NCBI GenBank assembly: GCA_002269645.1
Contig: NIVC01000656.1
Coordinates: 115,263 to 179,262 of the forward strand
DNA: 64,000 nt
Reading direction: 5' to 3'
From: Macrostomum lignano
Taxonomy: Eukaryota
In this document: piece by piece, positions 36,930 through 48,338 of the stretch
How the letters are laid out: each line of letters opens with the position of its first letter
Numbering within the stretch: position 1 is the stretch's first letter
Program-made: the position numbers and the translations under genes
Notes under the pieces: generated by a model
The model's input: the letters and a program-made list of their open reading frames with translations, nothing else
Told to the model about the DNA's origin: nothing
The model's database searches: none

Positions 36930-38616
36930 ATTTATTATCTGAATTTGGTTTCTGAAAATTATTTTGAAGGAAAAATTTTTGATTTTCTAAGTGTCTAATT
37001 GTTTAAAAAATCCATTCAAATTTGCTATAAGATTTACTCTTGAAAAATATAGGATGTGATTGTCCTCTGCAGCACTGCCCTGTTACACACTTTGTACTCA
37101 TATATGCGCAACACCCGGCCGATGTGGCCGGCTGGCGAGGCGCCCTGCCAAGATAAGTTGCAAAATTGTTCACGCAATGATACTAATTAGCTGACGAGGC
37201 ATTTAGCCCTAATATTACATTTATAGTTACTCCTGCCGTGTACCCAAAATTACACTAGTTTTGCTTAGGTTTTTTTCAGGAGTCAGTTTACATTTTTCGT
37301 CAAAAAATAGGTCGCATGGCCAGTGTAAATCAATGGGTTGCGCATGATGTTTGTACTTTTACCCCTACCAACAATGTTTTTTTGGCATTTTAGCACTTTG
37401 TCCTCTATAATAAAGTTTATGAGGTTAATAGACATTCAATAAAGCAATGATTTGAATATACAATAGCATTACTACCATTTTTATAACCAAAACTGTGGGT
37501 GAATGACTGAGAGGGTATTAATGATAGAAATGCAATGTGCTAATAACTATTCTAGCCAACACTTGCTTGTAGTGAAAATTTGATTTAAATTAGCAAAGAT
37601 TTGGTATTTTCCACCAAGCTATTGCTTATATTTCATGGTAATGTATATTTAGTATTCAATATTTTGAATTCTGAATAAAGAATGACTTTTTATTGAAACC
37701 ACTTTTTAACAAAAAAAAGCAATTTATCTAGAGAATTTTGCATCCAACAATGACATTGAAAAAATAGTTATCATCTATTATGTCCTTTGAAAGTTCAATA
37801 CAATTGCAAGGCAGCCATCATTGTGCATTCTATGATAGATGCATATGGGTTAAGATAGTAGACTTTCTCATACTACCTACATTAACTGGCTTCTGGCTAT
37901 GATATTCCTTTTTTTACTAAGGATACTAAACTGTCTAAGGATGTAGACAGGAAGGTTTACATACATGCGCAACCTTGGAATTCACTGAGAATTCACTGAA
38001 TTGGCTGAGAGCAGTCACGTGGCTACTATTCTGTCCAATAGTACTGTCCCAGTATTCTGTCCCAGTTTTTATTAGGGGGCTCTAGTTTTATATTGCAATT
38101 AATTGCTTTGAAGTCTATACACTAATAGTTCTATATTGTTTTAGAATCTACTAGGCCTATCTTGCTTTTTTTCAATTAGCAACCAATGAATAAGAAAATT
38201 TAGATAAAGGACATAAAATTTGTTTAAGATATTAATTCTCTAGGCCTAAAAATAATGAAAACTAAGAAAGCAGATGCTAGAACGTTAGCAGGTCTTGCTT
38301 AAAAATCAACAACTAATTTGGATTTGATTTCTATATATTTGACCATTATTTTTTATATTTGTCACAACTCACAACTTTATTCTATATAACATTTTTATAT
38401 GGGATTATTAATACTAATTAAAAAACTAAATATAATCACTTGCGTTTGATAACCCTCTGTCAGTATATGTAGAGAGCATATACCTTGGCTATAGAACTTT
38501 AAACAAGCTATAAAATGGAATATTCTAGAATATAAAAGAACTTTTCCAACAATAATCAATTATATACATGTAGAATCTTGGTAATTTTTTTTTAACTGAT
38601 TCAATTGGGAATAGCC

Positions 38617-41600
38617 CACAGACCAAGAAGTATCTAGACTGCGCAAGCCCCATTCCCTGCCTTGGCATGTTTTTTGACAAAAATGCTGTGGAAAAAATGG
38701 TCCCTTGCTCCCGCGAAAAAAAAATTGATAGTATGTGAAGGTGAGGGGGAACAGGATAGTGGGTACAGAGCATTTTACTGGTCCTTATGGTTTCTAACCC
38801 ACCTTTTATATGCGTTTGAATAAGCCATTCTCTCGGTGCTAAAACAACACAAAATTTACCTATCTACTAGAATCAAACCGATTTAATTCAACCAACTTTG
38901 TATCAAGCGATGGAAGAAGTTAATTCCTCCAAGCTGTTGAAGACTCGAAAATGTGGCAGCTATTGCAGTGCTTTTGGTTGCACGAATAGCGCAGCTTCAA
39001 CTTCTGGAGTCTCCTTCCATTCCTTTCCCAAGGACGATAAGACGAAGAAGAAGTGGGTCGCAGCACTGAGGCGAAAAGACTTCAAACCGTCAAAAAGTTC
39101 AAAAGTCTGCTCAGAGCACTTTTCTGAGTCTTGTTTCAAGGAGCAGTTTGAAGGCTTCTTGCCCAACGCCAGAAGAAAACTGTATCCGCACGCTGTTCCT
39201 TCAATCTTTCCTGCGTTTCCGGAACATCTGCATCTGCAGCCAGCTGAGAAGAAGAGAAAGACAATCACAGCAGCCGCGGCTGCTCGAGAAGTTGATTTTG
39301 AAATATTTCAGGCGCCTCAAGTAGGCAGCGAGACGAAATCTGATTTGGAAGCCATTACTAACAATGATGATCTTTCTCAGCCAGACCTTCATGCCAACTG
39401 TGTAAGCAGGGAAAATTTCAATACGAAGGTAAGAGCTTTGAAAAATCTGAGGCGCAGGTACAATAGGCTTCTAGCGGCTCATGCCAAGTCCAAGAAGGGT
39501 GTGAAAGCTATTGAAATCTTACAGCGTTCTCTTCGAAACAAGTACCGCAAAATTCGATCATTGCGCTCAAAGCATAGGCAAATTAAGCAAAGAGCGAGAA
39601 CCCTGAAGGAGGCAATCGGAGAGTTGAGGAAAAAGAGCATTCTGAATGAAGCGGCTGCGTCGCGCCTGAATTTTTTGACCTCAAATTCTTTGATTAGCAG
39701 CATTTTGCCTCAAAGCAATAAGCGGACAAGAAAGTTTCCTACTGAAGTGCAAAAATTTGCGTCCACCTTGCACTTCTACAGCCCCAAAGCCTATGAATAT
39801 GTCAGAAAGTATTTTCAGCTTCTGCACCCTGCGTCTCTTCGTAGATGGATTTCAAACGCTAAATGCTTTCCTGGATTTTGTGATCAGGCTTTCCAAGAAC
39901 TTTCTCATCGACGCAGCTCCGACAATGGCACTGCCTTTGACTACTGCAATGTAGTGGCCGATGAGATGTCATTGGAATCAATGATTGAATGGAATTCGAA
40001 TGAAGGCATGTTCTTCGGCTATGTTGACAAAGGAGATGGCAAGGCAAGTGATCAGGAGGTGACGTCGGCATTGGTAGTGATGGCTGTGGGTCTGAAGAAC
40101 TATTGGAAGTTGCCATTGGGTTATTTTCTAGTAAATGGTGTGGATGGTGAATTTTTGTCTAGTGTTGTAGAAGAATCAATTCAGAGGCTTTATCAGGTTG
40201 GCGTTGTCGCCACATCGTTCACATGCGATGGAACGCAGCACAACATTCGAGCTATTGAACTTCTTGGGGCTAAAATTAGTTCTCCGGACTCAATTGTCGC
40301 CACATTCCCTCATCCTTGTGACCCAAGCATTCAGGTTTCTGCCTTCCTCGATCCACCTCATATGTTGAAGCTGATTCGCAATCAGTGGCAATCAATGGGC
40401 ACAATAGTTTGGCCAAATAGGGGGAATATTGATTGGAAATATGTTTCACTATTGCAGCAAGTTCAGGAGAGTCACGGGCTCAAACTGGGAAATAAACTAA
40501 GCAGGCATCACATCAACTTTGCCAATTTAAAGATGAAGGTCTATTTGGCATCCCAGCTTTTTAGTAAGTCAGTTGCTGACTCCCTGCAGTGGGTACATCA
40601 GCAAGCTTTGGCCGGATTCGAGCACCATGATGTACTTGTGACGGCAGATTTTATTGAGCACATGAATGACTTGTTCGATGCCTTTAAATCCAAGCGACTA
40701 GTAAATTATGGGGCCAAAATGGCTCTAAGAGCTGACAACCAGTCGGACTTTATTGACTTCTTTACTGACTTGATTAAGCTTCTCGGAAGTCTTGAAAATC
40801 TGTCTGGACGCAAAATTGTTGAAACTGCAAAGAAAACAGGCTTTCTCGGCTTCATGGTGAATTGTGAGGCTGTTATGGCCCTTGCCAAGTATTTGTTTTC
40901 AAGTTGTGGTTTTTTCTTTCTTTGCACTTACAAGTTGTCGCAGGATTTTCTTGAGTTATTTTTTAATGCCGTCAGACTTCGAAACGGCTGGAATCACAAT
41001 CCGACTCCGAGACAGTTTTGCTCAGCCTTTAGACAGTTACTAGTGCACGCTGGAGGTGGAATTCTCCAATCGACTAGTCCCAATGTTAAGCAACAGGATG
41101 CCACTATTCAGTTGTCATTATCATGTCTGCCTTCGTCACAATCAACAGAGGCAGGAAAACCTCAATGGAAGCAGATAAGTGCTCAGAACAGTTTGGGTTT
41201 AAGCCTTAATTCCATTCAACATTGTGTGAATGCATCAAAATGCGAAGTATGCCAGTCGATTGTGTATTACATTGCAGGCGCAGTGGTCCGTAGCATGCTT
41301 AAATCAATTGAATGCGCGCCGTGCAGATCAGCACTCATTTCCAGCACTGAAATGTCAGCGGCTGCACGGTTGCCCTGCTCTCTTGTCACCATGAAAAATG
41401 TGCTGAATAAAGAAGGGACTGGGGGGTTGATTTTTCCAAGCAACAATGTCTTGCAAGTTTTGCTTCATGCCGAAACAATCATTCAACGTTCAAACTATAA
41501 CAGCGGATTTTCTAGCGATGTGGCTGTCCAGGAGACGTTGTGCATGTCAGTTGATGCATTTCCCGAACTTGACTTGCATTCCGCGGCTGCCAGCATTGGC

Positions 41601-42088
41601 ATTGAATCCCACAAGCTTCATTTGATTCACATCATGGCGCTGCTCTACATGCGGGTTTGAATGAAGAAGGTGGCGAAAGACCTTTCATGTCCCAGAAGAA
41701 AATCAGGAAAGAGACAAAAGCTTCTATGAACAGCAGTATTTCTTAATCTGTAGTTTAGCCTATTCTAGTGGATACCTGGTAAGTTGAACTCATTATTTTG
41801 ATTCTGCAAGTTTTTATACAGGCAAGCTTTAATTAAATTAAAAGTCTTTAGAAAGAATCTCTTGAAAAATATTTATAAACGAGTCTAAAAAGCTATGATA
41901 ATATTTCTTGTTGTTGTTGTGCCCTGTAGGAACCGAAAAGCAGACGAGTGGGAGTGGTTTAGGAAGGGAAATTCTTTACCCACTATCGACCGCGGAGGGG
42001 GGGTTGGCTGGGTGCCATTTTTATAACTGGGAAAGAGGCACACTTTTTTACTCTCCATGCGCAGTCTAGTCTTACTTCTTGGTCTGTG
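38617..42088 (+). mobile_element. Full-length P-element/THAP9-like DNA transposon (3472 bp)
   Basis: TIRs: cacagaccaagaagtatctagactgcgca (38617-38645) and its near-complement at 42058-42088. The 8-bp TSD gaatagcc lies at 38609-38616 and 42089-42096. The element contains a THAP transposase ORF. Confidence 0.93.
38910..41660 (+). CDS. THAP-domain P-element-type transposase
   Basis: THAP finger (CSAFGC..FHSFP..W..VCSEHF..AVPSIF), HFYSPKAYEYVR, DEM (D1), WKLPLGYF, CDG (D2), DPPHMLKLIRN, KMKVYLASQLFS and SQDFLELFF..NP (E). The reading frame continues through TGA 41658 and TGA 41727 to TAG 41751-41753. Confidence 0.92.
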   Translation: MEEVNSSKLLKTRKCGSYCSAFGCTNSAASTSGVSFHSFPKDDKTKKKWVAALRRKDFKPSKSSKVCSEHFSESCFKEQFEGFLPNARRKLYPHAVPSIFPAFPEHLHLQPAEKKRKTITAAAAAREVDFEIFQAPQVGSETKSDLEAITNNDDLSQPDLHANCVSRENFNTKVRALKNLRRRYNRLLAAHAKSKKGVKAIEILQRSLRNKYRKIRSLRSKHRQIKQRARTLKEAIGELRKKSILNEAAASRLNFLTSNSLISSILPQSNKRTRKFPTEVQKFASTLHFYSPKAYEYVRKYFQLLHPASLRRWISNAKCFPGFCDQAFQELSHRRSSDNGTAFDYCNVVADEMSLESMIEWNSNEGMFFGYVDKGDGKASDQEVTSALVVMAVGLKNYWKLPLGYFLVNGVDGEFLSSVVEESIQRLYQVGVVATSFTCDGTQHNIRAIELLGAKISSPDSIVATFPHPCDPSIQVSAFLDPPHMLKLIRNQWQSMGTIVWPNRGNIDWKYVSLLQQVQESHGLKLGNKLSRHHINFANLKMKVYLASQLFSKSVADSLQWVHQQALAGFEHHDVLVTADFIEHMNDLFDAFKSKRLVNYGAKMALRADNQSDFIDFFTDLIKLLGSLENLSGRKIVETAKKTGFLGFMVNCEAVMALAKYLFSSCGFFFLCTYKLSQDFLELFFNAVRLRNGWNHNPTPRQFCSAFRQLLVHAGGGILQSTSPNVKQQDATIQLSLSCLPSSQSTEAGKPQWKQISAQNSLGLSLNSIQHCVNASKCEVCQSIVYYIAGAVVRSMLKSIECAPCRSALISSTEMSAAARLPCSLVTMKNVLNKEGTGGLIFPSNNVLQVLLHAETIIQRSNYNSGFSSDVAVQETLCMSVDAFPELDLHSAAASIGIESHKLHLIHIMALLYMRV

Positions 42089-43636
42089 GAATAGCCCCTG
42101 TTTTAAAAAATTATCAAAGTCTACAGATATGCAACAATTAAAGCATCTAGCAAGAAATGCCTATCTACCATCTTGCATTGGTGGCAATTTCAACTGGTAG
42201 GCTATATGATCTAGGCCAAGGATAGCCATGGCTTTTAACTTGTTCAGGATATTTTGTTATTCACTTTGAAAAACCCATTTAGGTTGGGCCAAGCCCAAAC
42301 CTATCAATACATAAACTGCCTTTTATATAATGCCTGATACTACCAATGGGGTAGACTTTGTCTATTCTCAGGCTTTGCAATACGCTATCTGAAGCACCCT
42401 GTTTGTGACTTTTCTTGCAAGGCTACATAATTTGCCCTATTACTAGGGTCAGGATTACGAGTCTCGTACTGCTGTATGCTAGAACAAAAATTGATTTTGT
42501 AGCTAATGTATACCAATGTATACCAACAAACTTTTTCTTGCATACAAAAATATGCCAAAAAAATACAAATTATGACCAGTATTAACAGCTTGCAAAATTC
42601 TAATATTTAAAAAACCAATATGTTAAAACTGGTAAATTTTATACTTAACTAAATAGAACTAGTTCATTTTAACTATTTTTGTTTTACTTTTAATTTATTG
42701 AAAAATTTTAACCCAGTTATTTAAATTTAGTTTTCCATTTTCTTGTAAAAGACTGGCTATTCTTTCTGATCAAAATTTAGCTATTGTAACATGTACATAG
42801 AAACTATACCAAATGTAAACTTAATCTTTTTTGTATGCTAATTGTGTAGATTGATTGGGACTTGGAACTTTTGGTCCCACCTGCTGTCTTGGCAATCTGA
42901 TCTATACACCAAGCTGTATGCCAAGTTGTATACCCACTGGGACCTAACTCCGACATCTTGCAAACTGTCTGATCATTATCAACCCGATTTTCATATGATT
43001 TTTATACGATTTGATTATCGGACTGAAATATACATGATTTCTCCCCGACTTTCGCTTGTTTTTTTTGGGCCAATAAAAGCAGACTAAAGTCTGAATTGTT
43101 TTGGCACAATTTTTCACCGACATTTACCCGATTTTCACCTACATTTTGTTGGAGAAAAGTTGGCTTAAGTTTGGTGCAGTTTTGGCATGATTTTTCACTG
43201 ACATTTACCCAATTTTCACCTACATTTTGTTGGAGAAAAGTGGGCTTAAGTTTGGTGCAGTTTTGGCACAATTTTTCACCAACATTTACCCAATTTTCAC
43301 CTTACTTAGATAAAGTGCTATAAGATGATGTGGCGCAGCATCTGGGCGCCGTCTGCTGATTGAAAAGTGTCATAGTCATCTATCCCCTGTCGCTTGATCT
43401 GGCTCTTCCACCACCCACTTAATTATGCCAGTCTACATTGTCGGTGGCTTTTTGTATTACATGCCTTATGTAATATTATGCACTAGTACATGCGTACATT
43501 AAAATTGACATTAAATTGTGTCCATATCAAATATACTGATGTCTAAAAATATTGAAATGCAGTGTGCATCTGCAATCACTGTGTTTATGTTTAGGGCTTT
43601 AGTTTCACTCTTAGTGTCCATTTTCCTGTATCCTGT

Positions 43637-45682
43637 TTGAGTTTGAGTCACATCCAAGAAGCACCAGCTAGCGCGCGCTGTGAGCAATGCCAGGCGCACC
43701 TCGTGAAATTTTGGGTGCTTGATGTTTGCCCCCAACTGTGTGTTATGATTGATCAAAATGGGCTGCTGCGCCACGTCACTTATCCCTGTGATCAAGTATA
43801 TACTCCAGGTTGTCTAAGCTTCGCGGGGAGCATGGCGTATCAAAATTTTATGTGCAGCGCATTTAGCCGCACGATTGATGCGACCTATTATACACACTAT
43901 GTATGGACAGCTTCGCGGTTGCAGGATCATCTGGCGCTGAAGTTTGCCCTGTGTATCTTGTTATAAATGAGATAGCCGACAAGCTTAAGATGCGCTTCGT
44001 CGTGCTCTGCAGCGTGTGGTCAGGCAAAAAATCATTGCGAGCCTCGCACTTCTTGCAGTTGGTGGTGCCCATGCTCAACATGTTGCGCAAAGAGGGCATT
44101 CAAGTCACCGACGAAACTGGTGCCTGTCGCCAGATTTACCTGCATCTACTCATCGGGATATTTGATGCCCCTGTCCGCACCGATGCCATTGGCATTGAGC
44201 GTTACAATGCACACTACGGCTGCGACAAATGCTACGTGGAGACGCACCCACTCCGGTGCAAGCGAGATACACTTCATCTAGCTGCAAATATTCCTCCATG
44301 TGCTGACGATGTGCTTGGGGTAAGACGTAATGTTTTATTGGCTATAATGAGTAAAAAGTACATATACACAGCTGCTTTTCTACACATTTTATGCAGGTAA
44401 AAGCTGTCTCCCCTTTGCAAAATCTAGACGGCTTTGATTTCACATCTGGTTGCCCTCTGTGCTGCTTGCATCAGCTTGAAATTGGTCAAGTGAAGTGGCT
44501 TCTGCGGCAGCTTTTTTGTCAGGGCAGAGAGCGGCCGGATCTAGATGCCGATACTCCAGGCCTGCATTCATGACTGGATGACATCGACGCAGTCGTGGGC
44601 AAAATTATTGTGCCCCGAAGCGTTCACCGCAGAAATCTGCGGTCACTACGTGAGCTGTCCCGCTTCCGTGGCCATGAGTTCGCGGTCCGGGCCTTTGCAG
44701 TTGGTCCAATGGTCCTTGGTGACTTTCTTACGGACCCTACGACCCGCAACTATTATTTGCATCTGCTACTGTTGAGCTCTGCTATTTTTTGGCTAAGTTT
44801 GGAAGGTGCGTTGCTTGTGGAAGTTATACGTGCACAGACTTCCTTGGAGCTATTTCAAAAGTGAGTGCACTATCCTGTTTCAAACATTACATCCTAGCTG
44901 TTGAAGCTTATATCTGCAATATCTGCATCCTTACTGTATACACCAGGTGCCTACTGACGTTGTACTCGTTGCGGGCCCTCACATACAATTTGCACCAATT
45001 GTGTGCGCACATGACCTCTGCCATGTTCCAGTTTGGGCCTCTTCAATGGCTGTCTGCTTCGCTGTTCGAGGCCACTCATTTCTGTCTCCGCAGCATGATC
45101 CACGGATTGCGGCTGCAAGATGTCGAGATACTGAAATCAATCAGTCGCCATGTGGAGACACTGCGGGACCAGGAGCCTGACAAAGACTGAGGCACAACTG
45201 CAGTCTTCGTTGGAGGCATTAAACTGTAGAACCCAGTGCCGCATCAGGCGGAGAGCTTTCGTATAGCCACTCTCCCCAATGGACTTTTCATCGAAGTCTG
45301 TACAGCTGCAGCTAGGGCTTCGAAGACAGCATCCTGCTTTGTAGCTACTCAAGGCCAGGCAGCCACTGAAATAATTTTCAGCAAAGTAGAAGCGATTCAA
45401 GCTGATGTGAACATCAACATTGTGAAAACCACTCTTAGGCTCATCAAGATGGCAGAGCTGGTATATTATCCGGCCGCTCCACTCTGTTCATTGCCTCCAC
45501 AATCACCCAGTCGTGGATGTTGGCTTGCGCATGACGTGCGCCTGATGGAGGATCCTTTCTGCAGCGACGATGAATCGGACGCTGCTGCATACACAGTCGG
45601 CACCAACAAAATCCTAGGCACATGCCTTTTGAGCAGAACGCATATTGCTCTGATGCCATTCTCGCAGCTGAATTATTTGTAG
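43637..45682 (+). pseudogene. Spliced EnSpm/CACTA-type transposase, disrupted
   Basis: Motifs: CEQC, MDSFAVAGSS, PVYLVINE, VWSGKK, FDAPVR..YGCDKC, G|VKAVSPL, TYNLHQL, GPLQWLSA..FE. GT-AG introns at 44320-44396 and 44861-44946 restore the frame. There is an in-frame TGA at 44571-44573, and apparent frameshifts near 43890 and 45200. Confidence 0.8.
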
Positions 45683-45972
45683 GCTAGCAGTCTTTTTATC
45701 TTTCTCGCTTTCTTTTTCCATTCTTTGTCTTTTTCTTGCTAGCTGGCCCACCAAGGAGTGTTATATTTAAAATTTTATGTGAATGTAAATACATTGTAAA
45801 TATGCTGTAAATATGTATTTACATATAATAATTAATAATAAATATATAATTTACATATCAGGAAATATAATATGTAAATTGTGTTTCTTTTTTAACTTTT
45901 TGTTCCTTCATGTTCCTTAAATTGAGTGCATTTACTTCAGATTATGATTAGATCTGAAGGATCGCAATACAT

Positions 45973-46476
45973 TTGAGTACCACAAAAACTGTCGAAATGT
46001 TGAATTTCAACATTCACGAATCCCCATTGTGGGTTGCGGCGCAACTGGATACTTGCACGTTGTGCCCAGATGATCTGGCGTACCTGGAGTGCCATGCAAC
46101 CTTACGCGGCGCACCAGTCAAAAAGACCAAGTCTGTCGTACTTGCGTTTGTCCGAGCACTCGAAGTCGTGGAACCTGAGAGTTTCCTCACCGCAACTTTG
46201 TCTGACGACTTTACTTATATTGAAGCAGTCGTTGACGTCCGGGCAACGAGACTGTTTCCGGAGCTCCTACCTGGCGCAACTCTGTTGCTGGAGTCTCCCA
46301 AAATTTTTATTTTGGGAGGTGGTGCCCTCTCCTCCGCTAGCATTTCAGCCAATGGCAAAAAACTAGCGCTCAGCGTGCGAAGCAAAGTGCATCCGCCGGG
46401 TATATCCGTGTCCCAGGGTAAGCTGCCCACTTACTCTACATGCAATTTATCCATTAGCTTGTACAATTTAGTATGA
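45973..46476 (+). CDS. Transposon-borne ORF with a putative OB-fold (HROB/DUF4539- or RMI1-like)
   Basis: Stop-free 167-codon ORF inside the TIRs: VLAFVRALEVV..FLTATLSDDFTYIEAVVD..ELLPGATLLLESPKIF. A probable donor lies at 46418, with a possible acidic second exon at 46504-46800. The fold call is by-eye similarity only. Confidence 0.5.
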   Translation: MSTTKTVEMLNFNIHESPLWVAAQLDTCTLCPDDLAYLECHATLRGAPVKKTKSVVLAFVRALEVVEPESFLTATLSDDFTYIEAVVDVRATRLFPELLPGATLLLESPKIFILGGGALSSASISANGKKLALSVRSKVHPPGISVSQGKLPTYSTCNLSISLYNLV

Positions 46477-47206
46477 CAAGAGTGCTCCCATACCGTTAAA
46501 CAGGTCGTTGTGGATCACGAGAAACAGGACAGCAAGCGCAGAGAGTTTTACAGCTACCTGGCAATTAAGCAGCCTCGACTGGATTGCAAGACTGCAGAAA
46601 GTGAAGATCGCCAGGATGCAACCGCAGCTGAGACTGCAGAAAGTGAAGATTGCCAAGACGCAACTACAGCTGAGACGCAGGATGAGCAAGATGAACATCC
46701 GCCCTTGATGGCATTTGAGTGTGTGTGCCTGTGGAGAGGCGTCAGAGGTGTAGCATCGCGACGCTATTGCTATCTGCATAATGCATTTGCCAATGAATAA
46801 TTCATGTCAGTTTTTTATTTACAGATTCAAACAGCAATAATTCATGTCAGTTTTATGTACAGATACAAACAAAAATATATAAATCAAGGTTTGATGCTTC
46901 CTTTCTTTTTCCATTTATACTTTATTTATTTAATGTTGCCAGTGTCACATTTTCTCAGTATAGACACCTATATTCATAATTAGACGCGTACCTATAGTAT
47001 GTACAACAGTTCAAATGCCAACTTAGACTAAGCCAATGCGCCACCATTCCGTACTGTTTGTACTATCTATCTATCTATCTATGTTTATCTACATAGTTTT
47101 CTGTATTACTCCACTCCAAATATATCCCAGTTAATTCTATTATTTGCGATAAACCTAAATTACCCACACCAATTGTTACAGACTTAAAGGCCAATTTGCC
47201 TAAAAA

Positions 47207-48338
47207 ATGCCACCCAAAGCAGCTGAGATTATTTGGTTGGTACAGTTTAAACTGGGCAAGAAGCAGTGCGCCCTCGTTAATGACGTTGACATTTTAGATG
47301 AGGGTGTCGACTTGGATGACGGCTACGTCCGCACTGTTGGCCAACAGGTAGAAGTTGTTTTGGCCAAGAGAAATAAACAAAGTGCTGCTCGGCATCCGGC
47401 CACAATTATCAAGGGCCCGTTTGCTTCTATGGAGCAGGGCAGGAAATTTTGGAAACTCTGCCAAAGTGTGGAATCAGAGGCAGATCCTCCACCCACGACA
47501 TCGCTGCCAACAAATGTTGATAGCTGCCCTGAATGCTCGAGAAAGGACAAGCAACATAAAACTTGGAAAACCGAACTAATGGCCCTCCATCAGGAGTGTG
47601 TTGAGCTGTTAAAACTGCTGGACAACAGGGCTGATGAAGTAGCAGCTCTTGGCGAATCCACCTCGCGGCTGCAGGAGCAGTTAACTGAAGCCATGGTTTA
47701 TGCCACGCAGGTCAGGCGACGCGCTCTTTTATCAGTTGCTGCCGCAATCATTTCTGCAGCCGACGCCGACGACAAGGATTGTGCCTCTGAAAGTGTTGCA
47801 CCGCTAGACGTTACATGCCAGCTAAAATCTGCTGGCCGGTCGAAGTCCGGCTGTGATCGCATTTACGTTCTACTCTCTGAGGAATTTCTGACCCAGAAGG
47901 TAATGACGCATAAATCATTTGATTCTGTCGTTATTCTTATTATCTGAAATCTAATATTGTTTCACAGACAATATACAAGTTACAATGTACAGATTTATTA
48001 TGCCCCACCTTTTCGGACGATCACAATACATACAGGTGCGAGCTATGGATCGTGCGTCAATCCTAACACAAATTGAGCAGTTGAAGCGCTGCGAAGACAT
48101 TGACAAGTTGTCGAAACTTTGCAGGAGCCTGCTCCAATTTTGTATTCGCACTCTTTTTGAAAAAATAGAGCTAAAAGACACATCATTTACTGGCCATAGC
48201 TCTGGGGAGAGCACGCAAGTGGTGGCAGACCACACCAGAATTGACGTCATTATCAAGCATCTGGATAATAACGGTGTCAAAGTGTCTCACGCCGAAATTC
48301 AGCGGGCCTATGCGGCATGTGTTGATGCCATTAACTAG
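47207..48338 (+). CDS. Transposon-borne coiled-coil plus BEN-domain-like protein, two exons
   Basis: Exons 47207-47899 and 48036-48338 join in phase 0 through GT-AG. Central heptad-like segment, then SLLQFCIRTLFEKIELKDTSFTG..RIDVIIKHL..EIQRAY, which resembles the BEN pattern LLxxLFxxEELxxxSxTG. Confidence 0.55.

Noticed and set aside
8250-44573. Alternative genetic code (TGA = Arg or Trp)
   Set aside because: TAT and PUSL1 terminate at TGA followed by non-coding sequence, and Trp is encoded by TGG in conserved motifs. CpG decay is the simpler explanation.
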